A model generated the notes under the pieces. It was not told the DNA's origin, did not search any database, and was given only the letters and a program-made list of their open reading frames with translations. The position numbers and the translations under genes are program-made. Shown here piece by piece: positions 1 to 5,939 of a stretch of 64,000 bases of DNA (position 1 is its first letter; each line of letters starts with the position of its first letter). The DNA comes from a virus: positions 74,517-138,516 of IMG/VR virus record IMGVR_UViG_3300043788_000114, one strand, 5' to 3'.

Positions 1-37
1 ATCGCCTGTATTCATGCGGTCTCCGACGTGTAAGTAA

Positions 38-97
38 TTGACAGTACAGTGTCGAAATAAATCTCTTGACAAGAATTTCCCATTTTGCGGTTAGAAT
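38..97 (+). promoter_or_regulatory. Putative promoter region for the DUF3307-leader-tRNA transcript
   Basis: TTGACA at 38-43 and 66-71, TAGAAT at 92-97. The -35/-10 spacing is non-canonical. 38-52 is an exact 15-mer also found at two other promoter-like sites. Confidence 0.45.
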
Positions 98-113
98 GTT
101 CTGGGGGAGAAAA

Positions 114-455
114 TTGCTCATCATTCTGGCGCTTGTATGGATTCACTTTGTGTCGGATTTTCTGTTGCAGTCCGACAAGATGGCGATCAATAAATCGAAG
201 AGTTGGAAGTGGCTCGGCATCCATTGCGTAACGTACTCGACGCCGTTCCTGATCTTCGGCTGGCGCTTCGCGCTGGTCACCCTTGCTTTCCATTTCGTGA
301 CGGATGCGATCACGTCGCGTGGCACAGCGTACCTGTGGAAGCGGGAGATGCGACACTGGTTCTTCTCGCTCATCGGCTTCGATCAGGCGATCCACCTGAG
401 CACGCTGATTTTGACCTACCATTTTTTGCTTGCAAAGAATCTGGAATGGGTGTAG
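114..455 (+). CDS. DUF3307-like membrane protein
   Basis: HFVSDFLLQ...H...HFVTD...DQAIH motif with hydrophobic segments. GGGAGA RBS before TTG at 114. Confidence 0.75.
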   Translation: MLIILALVWIHFVSDFLLQSDKMAINKSKSWKWLGIHCVTYSTPFLIFGWRFALVTLAFHFVTDAITSRGTAYLWKREMRHWFFSLIGFDQAIHLSTLILTYHFLLAKNLEWV

Positions 456-486
456 GCTGATTTTCGTGCAGATAAGGACCAAATCC

Positions 487-552
487 GTGAACACGAGAAT
501 GACCGGGAAGCGGGTCATTTGGGGAATCGTGTCCGGGGGTTTGGGAACCTAA
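487..552 (+). CDS. Putative attenuator leader peptide MNTRMTGKRVIWGIVSGGLGT
   Basis: AAGGA at 474-478, GTG at 487, TAA at 550-552. The 3' end overlaps the antiterminator strand. Confidence 0.75.
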   Translation: MNTRMTGKRVIWGIVSGGLGT

Positions 553-586
553 TCTGCAACAAGATTCGGAACTCAAAGCACCCCGG
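533..586 (+). promoter_or_regulatory. Antiterminator hairpin
   Basis: CCGGGG(533-538) pairs with CCCCGG(581-586), TTTGGG with CTCAAA, CC with GG, AATCT with AGATT. It sequesters the 5' arm of the terminator. Confidence 0.75.
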
Positions 587-606
587 CTCAGGCCGGGGAT
601 TTTTTT
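581..606 (+). terminator. Intrinsic terminator directly upstream of the tRNA array
   Basis: CCCCGGC-TCAG-GCCGGGG stem-loop followed by A and 7 T. Confidence 0.9.
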
Positions 607-619
607 GGTCTTTGAAAAA

Positions 620-694
620 GCGGGTTTAAGCTAGTTGGCAAACTGCCTGCCTCCAAATCAGGACTCAGGGGTTCGATTCCTCTAACCCGCGCCA
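620..694 (+). tRNA. tRNA-Trp(CCA)
   Basis: Acceptor GCGGGTT/AACCCGC, loop CT-CCA-AA, TTCGATT T-loop, encoded CCA. Confidence 0.9.
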
Positions 695-695
695 T

Positions 696-771
696 CGCGA
701 CGTAGCTCAGGTGGTGGAGCGCCGATCTCATAAGTCGGAGGGCGAGGCTTCGAGTGCCTCCGTCGCGACCA
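696..771 (+). tRNA. tRNA-Met(CAT), elongator or Ile2 type
   Basis: CGCGACG/CGTCGCG, loop CT-CAT-AA, CCA end. Lacks initiator hallmarks (1:72 is paired, no GGG/CCC stem). Confidence 0.9.
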
Positions 772-777
772 AGTTTT

Positions 778-872
778 GCCGGAATCCTCGGGCGAGGCGC
801 TGGGATTTATAACCCCGGTTGTTGTCGGTAGATTGCCGATGTGCGAGGGATCATACCCCTCTTCCGGCCCCA
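778..872 (+). tRNA. Atypical tRNA with TAT anticodon (Ile by anticodon) and a long variable arm
   Basis: GCCGGAA/TTCCGGC, D hairpin CCTC-GGGC-GAGG, loop TT-TAT-AA, V-arm GTCGGTA-GAT-TGCCGAT, T-arm GAGGG-ATCATAC-CCCTC, CCA. Confidence 0.75.
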
Positions 873-874
873 GT

Positions 875-951
875 GAGCGCGTCGTATAGCGGCTGATTAT
901 ACCTGCCTCTTAAGCAGGCTGACGCTGGTTCAAATCCAGCCGCGCTCACCA
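875..951 (+). tRNA. tRNA-Lys(CTT)
   Basis: GAGCGCG/CGCGCTC, CCTGC-CT-CTT-AA-GCAGG, TTCAAAT, CCA. Confidence 0.9.
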
Positions 952-958
952 AAGTTTT

Positions 959-1044
959 GGGATCGTACTCGAATTGGATGCAGAGACCTGACTTTTAATC
1001 AGCGGGGAAACCCAATGGGGGTTCGAGTCCCCCCGGTCCCACCA
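959..1044 (+). tRNA. tRNA-Lys(TTT) with an extended variable arm
   Basis: GGGATCG/CGGTCCC, loop CT-TTT-AA, extra hairpin GGG-GAAA-CCC, TTCGAGT, CCA. Confidence 0.85.
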
Positions 1045-1048
1045 AGTT

Positions 1049-1125
1049 GCTCCCGTATCGGCGCTGTCTTCTAAACAGCAGGCCGTAGACGGATGACGCG
1101 GGTTCGACTCCTGCCGGGAGCGCCA
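1049..1125 (+). tRNA. tRNA-Arg(TCT), non-canonical (no D hairpin)
   Basis: GCTCCCG/CGGGAGC, 7-nt linker, GCTGT-CT-TCT-AA-ACAGC, 18-nt variable region, TTCGACT, CCA. Confidence 0.85.
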
Positions 1126-1131
1126 TGTTTT

Positions 1132-1209
1132 GCCGCTGTACCTCACCCGCCTCCTAAGCGGGATTCGAGTAACTGGATGATGCCGGTTCAACTCCGGCCA
1201 GCGGCACCA
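1132..1209 (+). tRNA. tRNA-Arg(CCT), non-canonical (no D hairpin)
   Basis: GCCGCTG/CAGCGGC, 7-nt linker, CCCGC-CT-CCT-AA-GCGGG, 19-nt variable region, TTCAACT, CCA. Confidence 0.85.
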
Positions 1210-1214
1210 GTTTT

Positions 1215-1291
1215 GCTGCCGTACCGGGTCGCCCTCCGAAGGCGAATACCGTAGATGGAGAAGGCAGGTTCGAGTCCTGTCGGCAGCGCCA
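1215..1291 (+). tRNA. tRNA-Arg(CCG), non-canonical (no D hairpin)
   Basis: GCTGCCG/CGGCAGC, 7-nt linker, TCGCC-CT-CCG-AA-GGCGA, 18-nt variable region, TTCGAGT, CCA. Confidence 0.85.
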
Positions 1292-1295
1292 GTTT

Positions 1296-1373
1296 GCAGG
1301 GTTAACTCAGTCCGCTCAGAGTGCCTCTCCTACAAAGAGGAAGCCGCAGGTTGAAATCCTGCACCCTGCACCA
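1296..1373 (+). tRNA. tRNA-Val(TAC)
   Basis: GCAGGGT/ACCCTGC, CCTCT-CC-TAC-AA-AGAGG, T-loop TTGAAAT, CCA. Confidence 0.85.
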
Positions 1374-1378
1374 AGTTT

Positions 1379-1453
1379 GCCGGTCAAGCACATGCGGATG
1401 TGTACTCCCTTGGTAAGGGAGAGGCAGAGAGTTCGATCCTCTCGACCGGCCCA
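1379..1453 (+). tRNA. tRNA-Thr(GGT)
   Basis: GCCGGTC/GACCGGC, CTCCC-TT-GGT-AA-GGGAG, TTCGATC. The 3' end is one nt short of NCCA. Confidence 0.85.
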
Positions 1454-1457
1454 GTTT

Positions 1458-1532
1458 GCCGATGTAGCTCAATGGGAGAGCATTCCCTTGATAAGGGAAA
1501 GGTCAGTGGATCGGTACCACTCATCGGCACCA
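1458..1532 (+). tRNA. tRNA-Ile(GAT)
   Basis: GCCGATG/CATCGGC, TTCCC-TT-GAT-AA-GGGAA, T-loop ATCGGTA, CCA. Confidence 0.85.
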
Positions 1533-1549
1533 AGTGTAGAATTGCAGGC

Positions 1550-1876
1550 ATGGCTCAATGGGAAGTGACTATACGCGCAAACATTCTCATCACAGACGAT
1601 GATGATGACGAAAACCAGTTTGCTGAGCAGTACACTTTCATCTGGTCCGCGCCCGACTTCATTTCGGCAGTGATGTCAGTCCAGCAGAAGCTCGACACTT
1701 TGAACGAGCGCACGAAGAAGAAGTGGGAAGAGACTGCTCGCAAAGCACGATTCATGGAAGAATACAACATCGTCGGGTTGATCGAAACCGATCACGTGCT
1801 ATTCGGCGACAAGTGGATAGATGAGTTCGTAGAACGAGGCGTAATAGATCGCAATTATGCCGAAGATGAAAGTTGA
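1550..1876 (+). CDS. Acidic hypothetical protein inside the tRNA array
   Basis: ORF from ATG 1550 (MAQWEVTIRAN...) fills the gap between tRNA-Ile and tRNA-Gly. Confidence 0.65.
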   Translation: MAQWEVTIRANILITDDDDDENQFAEQYTFIWSAPDFISAVMSVQQKLDTLNERTKKKWEETARKARFMEEYNIVGLIETDHVLFGDKWIDEFVERGVIDRNYAEDES

Positions 1877-1951
1877 GCGGGTGTCGTCCAACGGTAGGGC
1901 CACAGCCTTCCAAGCTGTTGACGAGGAGTTCGAATCTCCCCACCCGCTCCA
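1877..1951 (+). tRNA. tRNA-Gly(TCC)
   Basis: GCGGGTG/CACCCGC, ACAGC-CT-TCC-AA-GCTGT, U73, CCA. Confidence 0.9.
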
Positions 1952-2022
1952 TCACTCTCCGGAATAAAATCTGGAATAATTTGTGCTCGGAATTTCGATT
2001 TCTCCCGTGCTAAACTGCGCTC

Positions 2023-2661
2023 ATGTCTCTGAGCCTTGTCCCAATGCCGCTTCCGCCGCAGCCGTCTTTCCTGAATCCCAAGCGCAAACGACTCTGGGAA
2101 AAGTACAACGGCAAATGCCACTGGTGCGGATGCGAAACGCGGTTGGTGAATGACACAGCGCCGGATAAGGCAACCATCGATCACATCATCCCGCGCTACA
2201 AAGGCGGCACAAACGATCCCGCAAATCTGGTAAATTCCTGCAATCTTTGCAACAACCGGCGAAACTACGAAGATCATTTCGGACTTGCCGAAGGCACCTT
2301 GTTAGGGAAGTACAAGGGAGGCCAGAGCAACACGGAACGCAGGGCGGCGCGGCGCGCGCAACTGAAGCACATCGCTCTAACCGGTGACGAAAAACGGGCG
2401 ATCCTCGAAAGACTCGACGCTGGGAAGACACAACCACAACCACAGCCGCAAGCACCGATTCAGACGCGTCCGCCAGCGGCCCGCTACAGCACGGAGGAGG
2501 TCCTTCGCGAGCAGCGCGATCAGGCGCAGAAACGCATCGTCGAATTGCAGAAGGAATTGGATCGAGTGCAGGCCATCGCGGCGACGCAGGAAAAAGAATT
2601 GAAGTCGATCACTGTGGTGGGGCTTATCCGGAAGCGGATCGCCGAGTGGCTTTTGTCTTGA
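2023..2661 (+). CDS. HNH endonuclease with C-terminal coiled coil
   Basis: CHWC...TIDHIIPRYKGG...NLVNSCNLCN. Confidence 0.85.
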   Translation: MSLSLVPMPLPPQPSFLNPKRKRLWEKYNGKCHWCGCETRLVNDTAPDKATIDHIIPRYKGGTNDPANLVNSCNLCNNRRNYEDHFGLAEGTLLGKYKGGQSNTERRAARRAQLKHIALTGDEKRAILERLDAGKTQPQPQPQAPIQTRPPAARYSTEEVLREQRDQAQKRIVELQKELDRVQAIAATQEKELKSITVVGLIRKRIAEWLLS

Positions 2662-2686
2662 CACGCTGCTAGAAATGCCATACAAC
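2658..2686 (+). promoter_or_regulatory. Sigma70-type promoter with no downstream ORF
   Basis: TTGACA-17 nt-TACAAC. Confidence 0.6.
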
Positions 2687-2691
2687 CATGA

Positions 2692-2802
2692 GAGCGCGGT
2701 TTCCGCCGATCCCGCGCGGGGTGCGAGCACTCCCAAAAGGCTCAGCCCTCCCCCTTGCAGCGGCCTGTCGTTTTCTTCCGGTTGAGACGGGCCGTTGCTT
2801 CC
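2692..2802 (+). ncRNA. Putative small RNA ending in a 13-bp hairpin with a 16-nt loop
   Basis: Lies downstream of the promoter. Stem 2757-2769/2786-2798 has two G-U pairs that work only on the + strand. Confidence 0.45.
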
Positions 2803-3075
2803 TCACTTCTCCTTGTAAATAATGGATTCCTTCATCACGCTGCCGCCGTGAAACGACGGTACGATTTCAGAGAGGCGCACCGAAAGCGGCGATCTCATCG
2901 CCAGTTCAATCTGCGCTTGGCGGATCGTCGCGAGCATTCTTCTTCGCGTCCTGCGCGCGGCAGGGAATTGCGCGTGCGTACACACCCACTCGCACCGAAA
3001 GTTGCACCAGTCGCCTCTGCTTTTCATCGAGCGTCACGGCATCGAACAGGACCCACTTTAGCTTATCGACGGCGG

Positions 3076-3255
3076 TCATGAATTCTCCTTCAGCAACTCT
3101 TGGTTCCTCCGCTTCGCCGCCCGCTTGAGCCTGTAGCGCGCGTTGGCGCACTTGCGGCACTCCTTGATGATCAGGCCCCCGCGACGATGCTCGATCACGT
3201 TGGTCCCCATCTTCAGGTGGCCTTGGCGGCAGCGGTCGGATGGTTTGGGCGGCAT
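3076..3255 (-). CDS. Small basic Zn-finger-like protein (59 aa, below the ORF-track cutoff)
   Basis: Manual translation MPPKPSDRCRQGHLK...KECRKCANARYRLKR. Its stop overlaps the next ATG. Confidence 0.6.
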   Translation of the reverse strand: MPPKPSDRCRQGHLKMGTNVIEHRRGGLIIKECRKCANARYRLKRAAKRRNQELLKENS

Positions 3256-3403
3256 GGAATTACGCTACCCCGAGTATGGAATTACGTCAAGACGCGGCGA
3301 TTCCTCGCCGCCGCTCGCCAGCGATGATCGAGTGGTGCTGAGTCGTGCTGAGAGTTTCCAGAGGCGGTACGTGGAGTGGTGCAGGTGGCGGGACTGGCGT
3401 AGC

Positions 3404-3622
3404 TTAGGCCGCTGCGGTCTCGTAGTCAAACTTCGAGCGGGCCATGAATCCTTCATCGAGAATCAGGGTGTTCAGGCGGTGCTTTGTATTGCGCGCGAGT
3501 TCCGGAAGATCGGGCCAGTGAACCTCGGCCTTTTCGCCACTGATCCCGACCACAACTCCCGGCTCCCCGGCGACAGCATTTGCCAGATACACCCTGTCCC
3601 CGACTTAGATGCTTGCACTCAT
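3404..3622 (-). pseudogene. Small SH3/KOW-like gene with an in-frame TAA at codon 6
   Basis: MSASI*VGDRVYLANAVAGEPGVV. Promoter TTGACA-17-CATACT (3658-3630) lies just upstream. Confidence 0.45.
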
Positions 3623-3683
3623 TGCTTGCAGTATGCGGCCAATTCCTGCGCCTGTCAAGCAAGGATGCTCCGTATTGCTTGCG

Positions 3684-3884
3684 CTAGATCGGCAGATTCA
3701 TCGTCTCGGCCACTGGGGTGCCGGTGGGCATTTTGCAATCCCTATGCCTCAATCGGCCATCCACGCCAATAAACCAGCGTTCACGCTTCCTGATTCGCTT
3801 GCCACAATCGGCGCAGATTCTTCTTCCCGCCTGCTGTAATACTGGCGGGTTGAGTTCGCTGCCGCATTTGTCGCAGATGGTCAT
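3684..3884 (-). CDS. Small Zn-finger protein
   Basis: CDKC...CADC...HRDC. ATG overlaps the upstream stop. Confidence 0.6.
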   Translation of the reverse strand: MTICDKCGSELNPPVLQQAGRRICADCGKRIRKRERWFIGVDGRLRHRDCKMPTGTPVAETMNLPI

Positions 3885-4567
3885 TGCAGCCTCGCAAATT
3901 CGCCATGATAAACCGTTGCCGCTGCGCAATAAGCTGCATAAGCAGACTCCCTGTCGACGAAAACACCAAGATTTATTTGCCGATTATCGCTGTCAATCCG
4001 TGCCCTCCACTTCTTGAGATGCTTTTCCCACGTTACGCCTTTATAGCCAGATTGATTGGACCTGTACCTCCGCTGATTCCGCTTTTGCTCAAAATCGTTC
4101 GCAATCCTGAGATTGATCCTGCCTTCAATAAGCCGTCGATTATCGAGTGTATCGCCGAAGGCGTGGTCGCCCTCCCGCTTGTCGCCGTAAGGAAGTCCGA
4201 GAATTTCGCGGTGCATGAAAATCGAATATGATTTCCCATTTACCCGTGGGCTACAGCGTGCGGCATAATAACTGCGTGTATGCGGGTTCCAGTGCGCTTG
4301 CCACCTAAAAAGAGACAGCCACTTATAGTCTGACTGCCAGACCAACGCGTATTGTCCCTTCGTGAGCGGAATGAGGCGGCACGGAACGCCGTCAATCTTG
4401 AACCCTCCAAGCTCTGTTCGCGGAACTATGCGACCATGGCCAGTCAGGTACCTTCTCGGCTCGCCTTTGCGAACGGCCTCTTTTGTCCGTGTTTTGTTAG
4501 AGATCGTAGTTTTTTCGCCGCAGCCGCATTGGCAATATCCGTAAGGAATGTTGGCTATTGAACTCAT
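3881..4567 (-). CDS. HNH-AP2 homing endonuclease-like protein
   Basis: CQCGCG N-terminus; MHREIL...DH...DNRR; SGYKGVTW...WRARI...LGVF...A..AY...HGEFA (AP2). Confidence 0.85.
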   Translation of the reverse strand: MSSIANIPYGYCQCGCGEKTTISNKTRTKEAVRKGEPRRYLTGHGRIVPRTELGGFKIDGVPCRLIPLTKGQYALVWQSDYKWLSLFRWQAHWNPHTRSYYAARCSPRVNGKSYSIFMHREILGLPYGDKREGDHAFGDTLDNRRLIEGRINLRIANDFEQKRNQRRYRSNQSGYKGVTWEKHLKKWRARIDSDNRQINLGVFVDRESAYAAYCAAATVYHGEFARLQ

Positions 4568-4917
4568 TGTTTATCCTTCGGTGGACATGGCTTTCCGCCT
4601 GCATTATGGCTTGCCGCGTGGCACCAGAAGCAGCCGCCGACTAAATTATCTAGTCCCCATCCGAATCGTCGTCTAGTGTGAATGTGGACAAGATGCCAAC
4701 GTTCAAATAGTTCTCCATCAAATGGCAAAACTCCTGAAAGATGCCTAGCGTCGAGAGGTTTGCCGTATTCATCCCGTAGCTCACAGCGCCCTCCAGATCG
4801 CTCGTAGACGGCTTTCCTGATCGCGGCCTTCTCTTCCCTCGTCGGCTCGCCACGGCGCGGCGTAGCGCGCTTCCGGCGCACCGGAGTGTAGCGTCGGATC
4901 GGCCCGCTGCGTTTCAA
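4564..4917 (-). CDS. HNH-like nuclease (NinG-like)
   Basis: Basic N-terminus; RSGGRCE...H..H...NLVGGCFWCH. Confidence 0.6.
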   Translation of the reverse strand: MKRSGPIRRYTPVRRKRATPRRGEPTREEKAAIRKAVYERSGGRCELRDEYGKPLDARHLSGVLPFDGELFERWHLVHIHTRRRFGWGLDNLVGGCFWCHAASHNAGGKPCPPKDKQ

Positions 4918-5141
4918 AGGAAATCCTCATCGATGCCTGCCGCTGAGAGAACTTTTTCCGGAACGAACAGGTGCCGGTGATTCTCCCGGACCCACATCCG
5001 GACAGTTGCGTTTCCTGCCGCGTCCTTCTCGCTGATTCTCAGTTCCGCCAGCAAAAGATCGAATTTCGATGGCTCCGGAGGCGGCTCGTGCGCGCCGCGC
5101 ATCATCCCCAGTTGCCAGCCGGTCAACTTGCTTCGTTTCAT
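4914..5141 (-). CDS. Hypothetical protein
   Basis: Translationally coupled ORF in the operon. Confidence 0.55.
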   Translation of the reverse strand: MKRSKLTGWQLGMMRGAHEPPPEPSKFDLLLAELRISEKDAAGNATVRMWVRENHRHLFVPEKVLSAAGIDEDFL

Positions 5142-5635
5142 GGAAAATAGGCCCTCTGTTCTGCCGGTGTACCGGTCACGTCCTCGTACATCGCACGTCT
5201 GACGCGCTCTCGCATCTCCGGATCGAGCGTCGCCACGAACTCAAGAATGTTCTCTTCCCAATTCAAATCCCGGTGGTAAAGCGTCTCCGCCTCTTTGCCT
5301 TCAAACGGCGTCAGCGACAGATGACAGCCAAGATCGCTCGTGACCGGTACCCAGCGCGCCTGCTTCAGACGGTCGAACTTTATAAGCATCCACCACTGGC
5401 CCTGAATGCGCTCGGGTGGTTTGGTGCGGACCACTCCCCGGTCATTGCGGTAGCACCAGTAGCAGTAGAAGACGACGGTCCCGGCAGGAAACATGGACGG
5501 ATCGAACGGGCGAGGATTCCAGAACTTTGCGCCCAGCTTTTCGAGCAGCCTACGCGCAACTTCTCCTTCATTTGGTGAGCCCGGTCGCTCCGCGAGACGA
5601 CGGAGGGATTCAATCGTTTTGCTTTTGTTCCTCAC
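5138..5635 (-). CDS. Hypothetical protein, DUF2786-like N-terminus
   Basis: KTIESLRRLAERPGSPNEGEVARRLLEKL. Confidence 0.55.
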   Translation of the reverse strand: MRNKSKTIESLRRLAERPGSPNEGEVARRLLEKLGAKFWNPRPFDPSMFPAGTVVFYCYWCYRNDRGVVRTKPPERIQGQWWMLIKFDRLKQARWVPVTSDLGCHLSLTPFEGKEAETLYHRDLNWEENILEFVATLDPEMRERVRRAMYEDVTGTPAEQRAYFP

Positions 5636-5939
5636 AAACCGTCTCCTCGCTGTAATTCACGGTGCGCGTGGCCCAAACGTCGCGAGAGCGACCAAAGGAC
5701 AACGTGATTTGGGTTCCACTTTTTCTCGCAGTGAGTCCGCCGCACGACAATGACAGATGATTGTCCCTGAGCGTTTGATGGAAAAGCCTTATAGCCTCAG
5801 CCTTCAGTTCTTCCTTCGAGGGCACGTGAGATTCTCTTCTGTCGCCCCATTTCCAGCGCGGAACTTGGTTCATTCGTTGCTGGATTTCCGCAAATGGAAA
5901 TTCTTCCATCAACGTCTCGAAAGCGTCTGCGAGTGTCAT
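5610..5939 (-). CDS. Hypothetical protein
   Basis: Coupled ORF. Confidence 0.55.
   Translation of the reverse strand: MTLADAFETLMEEFPFAEIQQRMNQVPRWKWGDRRESHVPSKEELKAEAIRLFHQTLRDNHLSLSCGGLTARKSGTQITLSFGRSRDVWATRTVNYSEETVCEEQKQND

Noticed and set aside
455-606. T-box riboswitch upstream of the tRNA array
   Set aside because: No T-box consensus (AAnnnGGTGGnACC-like) and no Stem I features. The leader-peptide attenuator explains the structure better.
778-872. Ochre (UUA) suppressor reading of the ATTTATAA loop, which would explain the TAA at 3605
   Set aside because: Stem symmetry centres the 7-nt loop on TTTATAA (anticodon TAT), and TAA is used as a normal stop throughout the window.
946-1568. 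ORF-track entries overlapping the tRNAs (946-1191, 1377-1568, 5' part of 1400-1876)
   Set aside because: They are shadow ORFs across tRNA genes with no RBS or protein motifs.
1544-1570. Possible tRNA 5' fragment (GCAGGCATGGCTCAATGG)
   Set aside because: No anticodon arm, T arm or matching 3' acceptor strand; it overlaps the start of a CDS.
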